Below, one piece after another: positions 54,419 to 62,186 of a stretch of DNA of 64,000 bases. How positions within the stretch are numbered: position 1 is the first letter of the stretch; the number at the start of each line of letters is the position of its first letter. Location: NCBI GenBank assembly GCA_046262615.1, contig JBHEML010000001.1:27182-91181 (forward strand), read 5' to 3'. The translations under genes and the position numbers were made by a program. The notes under the pieces are model-generated. The model worked only from the letters and a program-made list of their open reading frames with translations. It searched no databases and was not told the DNA's origin. The stretch is from Candidatus Limnocylindria bacterium (GTDB lineage: Bacteria; Chloroflexota; Limnocylindria; P2-11E).

Positions 54419-56527
54419 TCAGGCCACCGCCGGCTCGCGCACCATCGCGACGCGGCCCCTGCCGCCTCTGATCCTCATCCCGCGGCGTGTGCGCTTCGCC
54501 GTGAACGCGACCCGCGCCTCATGCACGCGCAGGTCCCGCACCGCCACGTGGTCGAGCCACGAGGGCAGGACCGGGTCCGCGCAGAGGCGCTCGTGCTCGA
54601 GGTCCGGCTCCAGACCAAGGAGCACGCGGAGGCAGAGAAAGACCACCCCCGCGGACCAAGCCTGCGGGATGCACGACACGAGGTAATCGGCCGGCCGCGA
54701 GGAAAAACGCAGGTCGCGAGCGAAGCCGCAGAACAACTCTGGCAGCCGCGCGTCGGGGAATCGGCGCCCAGCCTCGAGCAGCGCGTCGACGATCGTGTTC
54801 GCCTCCTGGCGGAAGCCGTACCGCGCGAACCCGTGCGCGACGAGCGAGCTGTCGTGCGGCCACACGGAGCCGTTGTGATAGCTCATCGGGTTGTACGTCG
54901 GATACCTGCTCGACAGGGTGCGGACGCCCCAGCCGGTGAACATGTCGGGGGCCATCAAGCGGTCGGCGAGGGCGCGCGCCTTCTCCTCCGGCACTATGCC
55001 GCACCAGAGCGCGTGTCCGGCGTTGCTCGTCACCGCGGGCACCTGGCGCTTGGAGCCGTCGAGCGCCTGGGCATAGCAGCGCTCCTCGGGCATCCAGAAG
55101 TCGCGGTCGAAGCGATCGCGCAGCTCGCGCGCCTGGTCGCGGAGGCGCCGCGCCCGTTCAGTGTCGCCATTCAGCGCGTACAGATCCGCGAGCCCGCTTT
55201 TCGCGGCGTAGACGTACGCCTGCACCTCGACGAGCGCCGCCGGTAGCGAAGATTGGGTGCCGTCCCGGTCGGACAGCGAATCCCACGAGTCCTTCCATCC
55301 CTGGTTGCGAAGCTCCGATCGGCGCCCGCCGTACTCGACGTAGCCGTCGCGGTCGAGGTCGCCGTACGTGTCGCACCACTCCAGCGCGCGTTCGGCTGCG
55401 GGGAGGAGCTCCCGCCAGAGCGCCCGGTCCGCGGTCCATTTCACGGTCTCCGCGAACACGAGCGCGAAGAGCGGGGTGGCGTCGACCGCGCCGTAGAACG
55501 GCCGGTGCGGTGTCTCGCCGAGGCGCGCGAGCTCGCCGCGGCGCAGCTCGTGAAAGATCTTGCCGGGCTCCTCCTCGGTGAACGCGTCGGAGCGCGTCCC
55601 CTGGTGCTTCGCCAGGAGGCGCAGCGTCCCTCGGGCCAGGTCCGGGTTCCACGCGAGCGTCTGGTACGCGGCGATGAGGCCGTCGCGCCCGAACGGGACC
55701 GCGTACCAGGGGATACCAGCGGTCGGGTACGGCCCGGTCTCCTCGAACTCGATGAGCGCGCGGAGGTCGAGCGCGCTGCGGTTGATCAGCTGCTCGTCGA
55801 GGCTCTCGATGCCGGTGCGGTACTCCGCGCACGACCGCAGGAATCGCCGGTACGAAGAGTTCAGCGCGTCGAGCGCCTCGTCGAACCCGCGCGGCGAGGA
55901 GGCCTCGCCGGTGCCGTCCTCTCTCGGGATGATCGACAGCTCGAGGCGCAGCACGCCCTGAGGCGGAAGCGTGCGCTCCACGAGGACGGTCCGGTCGGTC
56001 ACGCGGTCGGGCGCCGGCGACACGGCGATGTCCGTCGTGCGCCGCACCTCGTCGCGTCCGAGGCGCTCGAATACGAGCCCTGACGGTGTCGCGCGGAGCA
56101 CCGTCTCGGGCTCGACGTGGGCCTTTCCGCGGTAGCCGCGCACGGTGAACATGTCGCGAAAGCTCGCGTCGAACTCCAGCTCTACGCGCAGCTCCACCGG
56201 CTGCGTGTTGCAGTTGAGGATCCCGATCCGCTCGCGCCAGCCGTCGGCGAGGAAACGCGTTCGCCGCACGGACAGCGATTGCGCCGCGAGGGTCTCGCCC
56301 CCCGGCAGTGGCGCCGCCGCGTTCACGAGCTGGAACGTGCCGACGTAGTTCTGCTCGGTGTTGTTCGACAGCAGCAGTGGCGCGGCGCCGTTGATCCGCA
56401 GCGCGAATCCCGACAGGAACTGGGTGTCGTGGTAGTAGAGCCCGAGCGCGCTGTGGCCGCCGAGCGGAAGGCCTCCGTCGTCGTCCGATACGAGGACGAG
56501 CGCATCCTCCTTCAGCGCGACGGTCAC
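54419..56527 (-). CDS. Amylo-alpha-1,6-glucosidase / GDE-type glycoside hydrolase (GDE_N_bis plus GDE_C-like)
   Basis: GTG 56527 overlaps the upstream stop (GTGA) and gives 702 aa. Motifs GLYYHDTQFLS, GIPWYAVPFGRDG, FYGAVDATPLF, NQGWKDSWDS and YHNGSVWPHD indicate an (alpha/alpha)6 barrel hydrolase. Confidence 0.8.
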   Translation of the reverse strand: MTVALKEDALVLVSDDDGGLPLGGHSALGLYYHDTQFLSGFALRINGAAPLLLSNNTEQNYVGTFQLVNAAAPLPGGETLAAQSLSVRRTRFLADGWRERIGILNCNTQPVELRVELEFDASFRDMFTVRGYRGKAHVEPETVLRATPSGLVFERLGRDEVRRTTDIAVSPAPDRVTDRTVLVERTLPPQGVLRLELSIIPREDGTGEASSPRGFDEALDALNSSYRRFLRSCAEYRTGIESLDEQLINRSALDLRALIEFEETGPYPTAGIPWYAVPFGRDGLIAAYQTLAWNPDLARGTLRLLAKHQGTRSDAFTEEEPGKIFHELRRGELARLGETPHRPFYGAVDATPLFALVFAETVKWTADRALWRELLPAAERALEWCDTYGDLDRDGYVEYGGRRSELRNQGWKDSWDSLSDRDGTQSSLPAALVEVQAYVYAAKSGLADLYALNGDTERARRLRDQARELRDRFDRDFWMPEERCYAQALDGSKRQVPAVTSNAGHALWCGIVPEEKARALADRLMAPDMFTGWGVRTLSSRYPTYNPMSYHNGSVWPHDSSLVAHGFARYGFRQEANTIVDALLEAGRRFPDARLPELFCGFARDLRFSSRPADYLVSCIPQAWSAGVVFLCLRVLLGLEPDLEHERLCADPVLPSWLDHVAVRDLRVHEARVAFTAKRTRRGMRIRGGRGRVAMVREPAVA

Positions 56528-57738
56528 CGGTCCCACCCCGCGCGCAGATAGGACTTCTCGTCCTCGAACGCGCGTGCCTGCGCTTCCACCGCGCGCTCCG
56601 CCCCGGCGGTGTCGGCGCCGGCGACCTCGGCGATGAAGGCTTCGACGCGCGCGAAATAGAGCGGCACCAGCGAGGCGACGTAGGCGCCGGTGCGTTCGGG
56701 CGACCGGCGGCACGCGAGCAGCGCGTCGTAGACCACGCGCGCCCACCCCGCGCGCCAGCGTTCGGGAGCCACCGCGCCGCCCGCGGCCTCGTGGACGAGC
56801 GCGAGCTGGTCCGCTGCGAGCATCTCCTTCCACGCGTCGCCCTGGTCCGTCGCACCAGCGAGGAAATTGCGCCGCAGCGTGGCCGCGCTGGCGTTCACCG
56901 GCTCGGGCTCGACCGCCGCGGCCTCGCCCAGGACCTCGGCCGGCCGCGAGCCTTCCACGCCGCCCCACGCCGCGGCGTTGCGCACAGCGAGGCGGATCGC
57001 GGTCCCGACGACCTGCGCGAACATGGGCGCGAGGTCTGCGCCCGGGTCCTTCGGATCGTGGATCTTCGCCCCGAGGAACGCCTGCGCGACCCGTTCGCCG
57101 CGCACGAGCGCGGTCGTCGTCATGTAGACGTCTATCCCGAATCGCGCGACGTCCGTCTCCCACACCGCGGCCGCATCGCCCGCGGCCCCGCCGCCGAGGA
57201 AGGCGCGCGCGAGATCGCCCGAGAACCCGAACTCGCCGCCGATCGGCTGGCGCACGCGCAGGCCGTAGAGCGCCCGCGTCAGCGGGTATGCGATGGAGTT
57301 GGTGATCGTCCCATCGTGCTTGTGTCGCGCGTACAGCGGAGCCACGTACGTCGCGCGGCCGTCGACCACCGGGCCGAGCAGGCGCGCGATCCATTCCGGC
57401 GTGATGCTGCGCAGGTCGCTGTCGACGACCGCGCACGCGCGCGCGCCCAGTCGCTCTGCGGCTTCAAAGATCGCGCGGAACGCGGAGCCCTTGCCCGGGA
57501 TCCCGCGGTAAGCGCCGCTGACGACGGGTACGTCCCCCGCGCCGGCGCGCACCCGATCCGGGGTGCCGTCGCTCGAGCCGCCGTCCGCGTTGACGATGGC
57601 GCTCCGCGCATCGGGGAACGCCTCGCGCAGGCCGCGCGCTACCGAGCGCGCGACGTGCTCGACGGTGGACGCGTTGTTGTAACTCGGGATGCCGACGAGG
57701 AGATCGGCGCCGCCGATCCGCGCGACGCCGTCCCGCAT
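56524..57738 (-). CDS. GT-A fold glycosyltransferase (GT2-like, distantly GT78/GT81-like) with a helical C-terminal domain
   Basis: ATG at codon 89 of track ORF 56524..58002 gives 404 aa. Motifs LVGIPSYNNASTVEHV, NADGGSSDGT, VVDSDL (DxD) and RQPIGGEFGF. GTG 57822 is an alternative start. Confidence 0.7.
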   Translation of the reverse strand: MRDGVARIGGADLLVGIPSYNNASTVEHVARSVARGLREAFPDARSAIVNADGGSSDGTPDRVRAGAGDVPVVSGAYRGIPGKGSAFRAIFEAAERLGARACAVVDSDLRSITPEWIARLLGPVVDGRATYVAPLYARHKHDGTITNSIAYPLTRALYGLRVRQPIGGEFGFSGDLARAFLGGGAAGDAAAVWETDVARFGIDVYMTTTALVRGERVAQAFLGAKIHDPKDPGADLAPMFAQVVGTAIRLAVRNAAAWGGVEGSRPAEVLGEAAAVEPEPVNASAATLRRNFLAGATDQGDAWKEMLAADQLALVHEAAGGAVAPERWRAGWARVVYDALLACRRSPERTGAYVASLVPLYFARVEAFIAEVAGADTAGAERAVEAQARAFEDEKSYLRAGWDR

Positions 57739-57811
57739 GCGCTCGTCCAGTCCGGTGGCCCCTTCCCCGGCGCGCGCATCGGCGGGCGATGCCGGATGCG
57801 CCACTTCGGCG

Positions 57812-58471
57812 ATGATAGCCACGGTGCTCGACGCGCTCGACGCGATCGTGATCCCCTTCCTTGAGTCGCTGTACTCCGCGCTCGGGTACGCGGGCGTCGC
57901 GCTGGCCATGACGATCGAGAGCGCGGCGATCCCGGTCCCGAGCGAGGTCATCCTTCCCTTCGCCGGTTGGGTCGTCTCGCGCGGACTCGTCGAGCCGCTC
58001 ACCGGCGCGCCGTGGACTTACGCCGGTGCCGTCGCCGCCGGTCTGGTCGGCAACACGGCGGGATCGCTCATCGCGTACGCCGTGGGCGCCTATGGCGGGC
58101 GCCCCTTCCTCGAGAGATTCGGCAGGTACGTGCTCATCAGCGGCCACGACCTCGACCTCGCGGACCGCTGGTTCGGGCGCTACGGCGATGCGACCGTGTT
58201 CTTCTCTCGGATGCTGCCCGTCGTGCGCACCTTCATCAGCCTTCCGGCAGGCATCGCGCACATGCCGCTCTGGCGCTTCCTGGTCTTCTCCGTCCTCGGG
58301 GCCCTGCCGTGGATCATGCTGCTCGTCTGGGGCGGCGTCGTGCTGGGCGACCACTGGCTCGACCTCAAGCGCTCCCTCAAGGGCCTCGACTACATCGTCG
58401 TGGCGGTCGTCGTCCTCCTCGTCGGGCTCTTCGTCTACCGCCACGTCCGGCGGTCCCCGGCGCGCCGCTAG
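57812..58471 (+). CDS. DedA family membrane protein
   Basis: ATG at codon 42 of track ORF 57689..58471 gives 219 aa. Motifs AMTIESAAIPVPSEVILPFAG, GRPFLERFGRY, FFSRMLPVVRTFISLPAG. Confidence 0.85.
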   Translation: MIATVLDALDAIVIPFLESLYSALGYAGVALAMTIESAAIPVPSEVILPFAGWVVSRGLVEPLTGAPWTYAGAVAAGLVGNTAGSLIAYAVGAYGGRPFLERFGRYVLISGHDLDLADRWFGRYGDATVFFSRMLPVVRTFISLPAGIAHMPLWRFLVFSVLGALPWIMLLVWGGVVLGDHWLDLKRSLKGLDYIVVAVVVLLVGLFVYRHVRRSPARR

Positions 58472-58522
58472 TGGGTCGCGTCGGCGAGCACCGGCCGCGG
58501 AACACCGCCGTGCGCGGCTAAA

Positions 58523-61492
58523 GTGGACGCCCTGCGCGACGCGCTCGGCGCGTTCGATACGCAGCTGTACCTCGCGATCACGACCTCGCGCAACGCCGTC
58601 ACGGCGGCGATCGCGACGCTCCTCGTATTGGCGAACGCCTTCGGGCTCATGTGGTGGGTCTTCGGGCTCGGCGCGATGCGCGGCCGGGGCCTCGGACGGC
58701 GCGGGGCGTGGATCCTCCTGACCGTCTTCCTCGGCACCGTCGACGGCTGGTTCACCGCCGAGATACTGAAGTTCGTCTTCCGCCGCGTGCGTCCCTTCCT
58801 CGCGATCCCCGGCGTGGCGGAACCCCTCATACCGGGTCCGCAGTCGTACTCGTTCCCCTCGGGAGATGCCGCGCTCGCCTTCGGCGCCGCCGTCGCGCTC
58901 GGGAGCGTTCTCCCGCGGCTGCGTATCCCCGCCGTGCTCCTTGCGACAGCGGTCGCGCTGTCGCGCGTCGGCGTGGGGGTCCACTACCCCTTCGATGTCG
59001 TTGGGGGCGCGGCTCTGGGCGTCGCGTCCGGGGTCCTCGCCCCGCGCGGGGTACAGATCATCCGCCGACAGCTGCGCTGGCGTGCCTTCGTCGTGGCGCA
59101 CACCCACTGGGACCGCGAGTGGTACGAGCGCTTCGAGGGGTACCGCGCGCGCCTGGTCCCGATGGTCGCGGGCCTCCTCGACATCCTCGAGCGCGACCCC
59201 TCGTTCCGCTCGTTCACCTTCGACGGGCAGACGATCGCGATCGAGGACCACCTCGCCGTCCGCCCGGGCGATCGACCGCGCGTCGAAGCCCAGGTCGGAT
59301 CGGATCGGCTGTTCATCGGCCCCTGGTACGTCCTCGCGGACCTGTTGCTGGTCTCGGGGGAGTCGCTCCTGCGGAACTTCGAGGAGGGCCTGCGAGTGGC
59401 GGCGACATTCGGGCGGGCGATGCGCGTCGCCTACGTCGCAGACCCGTTCGGCCACCCCGCGCAGATGCCCCAGGTCCTTCGGGGCTTCGGGTACACGAGC
59501 TACGTGTTCGCGCGCGGGGTGGGAGACGAGGGGGAGGAGCTTGGGAGCGAGTTCTGGTGGGAATCGCCCTCCGGCGACCGCGTCCTCGCATCGCACCAGG
59601 TCGCGCACTACGCGAACGCCCGGCCGCTGGTGGGCCCGGTCGACGAGACCCCAACGGTGCTGCGCGCCCGCGTCGCGCGCGTGCTGCCTCGCATCCTCGA
59701 CCGGACCGCCCCGTACGCGAGTGGCGACGCGCTCCTGTTCATGGTCGGGGATGACCACGTCGAGACGTACCCCCGGCTGCCGGACGCGGTCGAAGCGATC
59801 CGCGCGGTCGCGCCGCGCGTCGACGCGCGGATCGCGTCGCTCGAGGAGTTCGTCGCCGCGCTGCCCGCGCCGCGAGGGACCTTCGCCGGAGAGATGGTCT
59901 CCGGAAAGTACCGCCCGATCCTTCGCGGCGTGAACTCGACGCGCGTCTGGATCAAGCAGGAGAACGCACGATGCGAGCGGCTCCTGATCGAACGGTGCGA
60001 GCCGCTCGATGCCTTCGCCGGCGGCTCGGCGCGCGAGGCGATCCGCGGCCTCTGGCGCACCCTGCTCGAGAACCAGCCCCACGACTCGATCTGCGGGTGC
60101 TCGATCGACGCTGTCCACGACCTCGACATGGCGCCTCGCTTCAGGCGCGTCATCGAGGAGGGACGGCAGCTTGTGGATGCGCTCGCCGTGCGGCTCGATG
60201 GCGGTGCCGACGCTGTGGCGTGGAGTGCGCTGCCGTGGGAGCGCGACGCCGTCCTCGACCAGGGCGGCGTCCCGACCGCGGTCCACTGCGCGGCTCTGGG
60301 TACCGCGCCGGCGCGTCGGGCACCGGTGCGCCCCCCCGGCTCGCCGGAAGAGGGGGTGATCGAGAACGAGGCGCTGCGCGTCGAGGTCGGGACGGACGGC
60401 AGCTTCCACGTGGTCGACCGCGCCACGGGTGTGCGCTCCGGCCCTCACAACATCCTGCTCGACGAGGGCGATCGCGGCGACGAGTACACGTACTCGTACG
60501 CCGGTCCGACGGTGGGGTCGCGCGGCATCGCCGGCCGGCGCGCGACGGTCGTGTCTGGGGACCGCGCCGCGGTCACGGTCGAGCTCACGCTGCCGCTGCC
60601 CTTCTCGCTGCGGGAGGATCGCCTGGCGCGGACCGCCGAGACCGTCGCCTGCCCCATCCGCGCGGTCGTGTCGCTGGACGCGGGCGCCGCTCGTGTCGAT
60701 GTGGCGCTCCACGTGGACAACCGCGCCCGCGACCACCGGCTGCGCGTGCTATGCGAGACCGGTGGACGGGGCGTCACCCACCTCGCCGGGGCGGCGTTCG
60801 CGTGGCTCGAGCGCCCGAACCGCGTGCCGCGCAAGCCCGGCTGGGTCGAGCCTCCGACCGAGACGCGCGCGCTGCACGACATCGTGGCTGTCGAACGCTC
60901 GGGGAACTGGTTCGCCGTGGGGGTCGATGGCCTCCGCGAATACGCCATCCTCCACGACGGCAACACCATCGCGGTCACGCTCCTGCGAGCGGTCGGGTGG
61001 CTTTCCCGCAGCGACCTGCGGGAGAGAAAGGGCGGAGCCGGCCCCGAGCTCGAGACGCCGTCCGCCCAGTGTCCGGGCGAGCGCGAGTACCGATACTCAG
61101 TGGTGCCCCGCAGCCGGTCGCTCGCCCAGGCGGAGCGCCGCATCCGGGAATGGCTGTCGCCGCCGTGGGTCGGGCAGGGCAGTGGCGTGGCGCGCTCGTT
61201 CCTCGACATCGGCGACTCTCCGCTGAGGCTCTCGTCCGTCAGGTCGGCCGCGGACGGCCGCGTAGCGGTTCGCATGGTCAACCCCGGTGCCGAGGCCGCG
61301 TCCGCCGTCCTGCGTTTCGCGAGCGCGGCGACCGAGGCAGCCGTCGTGGATCTGCGTGAAGGCGACACCGGCCTCGGCCGCACCGGGCTCGATGTCATCC
61401 GCACGGCGGCACCGGCGGAGGTCGTTGGGGGCGCGCTCGCGGTGCGCCTGGAGCCGTACGAGATCGGCACCTGGCTCGTGCGCCTCGAGTGA
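58523..61492 (+). CDS. Fusion protein: N-terminal membrane PAP2 (acid/lipid phosphatase) domain plus GH38 alpha-mannosidase
   Basis: 989 aa, GTG start. Residues 1 to about 205 have 5-6 TM helices with KFVFRRVRP (KX6RP), PSGD (normally PSGH) and SRVGVGVHYPFD (SRX5HX3D). From residue about 215 it reads VVAHTHWDREW...GPWYVLAD...DPFGHPAQMPQ, the GH38 N-terminal catalytic domain, followed by the central and C-terminal beta domains. Confidence 0.8.
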   Translation: MDALRDALGAFDTQLYLAITTSRNAVTAAIATLLVLANAFGLMWWVFGLGAMRGRGLGRRGAWILLTVFLGTVDGWFTAEILKFVFRRVRPFLAIPGVAEPLIPGPQSYSFPSGDAALAFGAAVALGSVLPRLRIPAVLLATAVALSRVGVGVHYPFDVVGGAALGVASGVLAPRGVQIIRRQLRWRAFVVAHTHWDREWYERFEGYRARLVPMVAGLLDILERDPSFRSFTFDGQTIAIEDHLAVRPGDRPRVEAQVGSDRLFIGPWYVLADLLLVSGESLLRNFEEGLRVAATFGRAMRVAYVADPFGHPAQMPQVLRGFGYTSYVFARGVGDEGEELGSEFWWESPSGDRVLASHQVAHYANARPLVGPVDETPTVLRARVARVLPRILDRTAPYASGDALLFMVGDDHVETYPRLPDAVEAIRAVAPRVDARIASLEEFVAALPAPRGTFAGEMVSGKYRPILRGVNSTRVWIKQENARCERLLIERCEPLDAFAGGSAREAIRGLWRTLLENQPHDSICGCSIDAVHDLDMAPRFRRVIEEGRQLVDALAVRLDGGADAVAWSALPWERDAVLDQGGVPTAVHCAALGTAPARRAPVRPPGSPEEGVIENEALRVEVGTDGSFHVVDRATGVRSGPHNILLDEGDRGDEYTYSYAGPTVGSRGIAGRRATVVSGDRAAVTVELTLPLPFSLREDRLARTAETVACPIRAVVSLDAGAARVDVALHVDNRARDHRLRVLCETGGRGVTHLAGAAFAWLERPNRVPRKPGWVEPPTETRALHDIVAVERSGNWFAVGVDGLREYAILHDGNTIAVTLLRAVGWLSRSDLRERKGGAGPELETPSAQCPGEREYRYSVVPRSRSLAQAERRIREWLSPPWVGQGSGVARSFLDIGDSPLRLSSVRSAADGRVAVRMVNPGAEAASAVLRFASAATEAAVVDLREGDTGLGRTGLDVIRTAAPAEVVGGALAVRLEPYEIGTWLVRLE

Positions 61493-61500
61493 GGAGCGCG

Positions 61501-61588
61501 CCGCACCAACGGACGACACGCCGCGCACCAACGGACGACAGTGGGCGCACCAACGGACGACAGCCCGCGCACATTGGGGGGACAGACG
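61501..61588. repeat. 22-bp-period tandem direct repeats (3 near-perfect copies plus 1 degenerate)
   Basis: 61501 ccGCACCAACGGACGACAcgcc / 61523 gcGCACCAACGGACGACAgtgg / 61545 gcGCACCAACGGACGACAgccc / 61567 gcGCACattGGggGACAgacg. The 16-nt core is identical in copies 1-3. They lie in the intergenic region after the PAP2-GH38 stop. Confidence 0.85.
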
Positions 61589-61605
61589 CGACACGCACGA
61601 ATGGC

Positions 61606-61611
61606 TACGTT
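61606..61611 (+). promoter_or_regulatory. Candidate -10 box (TACGTT) for leaderless mRNA of the secreted protein gene
   Basis: TACGTT is followed by 8 nt and then ATG 61620. The tandem repeats end where a -35 element would be. Confidence 0.35.
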
Positions 61612-61619
61612 CCGGCGCG

Positions 61620-62153
61620 ATGTCACGTCCGGTCCGGGTCCTACTCGTCGCCCTCGCTGCCGCGCTCCTGCTCTCGGCGTCGGATCCCGCCGCCGCGGAC
61701 GACGGTTGGCGGTTCCGCCGTACGACGCCGCGGGCCGCGCTGCTCCTCGAGGCCGATGGTTACGAGATCGGGGTCCCGGGCGGCCGGGCGTGGGGCATCG
61801 AGAGCGGCCTTCGCCCGCTGACGGGCACATCCCGGGTCGTCTTCGAGATCGCCGTCGATGATCCGGCGGTCCGCGAGGCGTTCCTGCGCGTCGCGTACTA
61901 CGACCGCGAGACCGGCCGGCCGCGGCAGATGGCGATCGCTGACTCCGCGGTCGTGCGCGTCGGCGAGGACCGGGTCGTCTCGGTCACCCTGGAGCCGCCC
62001 ACCGGCGCCATCGCCTACCGGGTGCGGGTGCTCGCTCGGCTGTCACCGGGCGCCCGCGCATCCGCCTCGGACGCCATTCGCGTAAGCGGTGCCGACGCTC
62101 TCTGGACGCTCGGACCGCGACCGTACACGCGGCTCCGCCCGGATGGCCCGTGA
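61620..62153 (+). CDS. Secreted hypothetical protein
   Basis: ATG at codon 112 of track ORF 61287..62153 gives 177 aa. Signal peptide MSRPVRVLLVALAAALLLSASDPAAA, then a beta-rich body with no motif I recognise. Confidence 0.6.
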   Translation: MSRPVRVLLVALAAALLLSASDPAAADDGWRFRRTTPRAALLLEADGYEIGVPGGRAWGIESGLRPLTGTSRVVFEIAVDDPAVREAFLRVAYYDRETGRPRQMAIADSAVVRVGEDRVVSVTLEPPTGAIAYRVRVLARLSPGARASASDAIRVSGADALWTLGPRPYTRLRPDGP

Positions 62154-62186
62154 CATACTGGCCAGACTTTCAGTTGAGCCAGGGAG

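Noticed and set aside
61501-61588. The 22-bp tandem repeats as a CRISPR array.
   Set aside because: The period is only 22 bp, with 5-6-nt variable linkers instead of 25-40-nt spacers. There are only 3.5 copies and no cas genes in the window.
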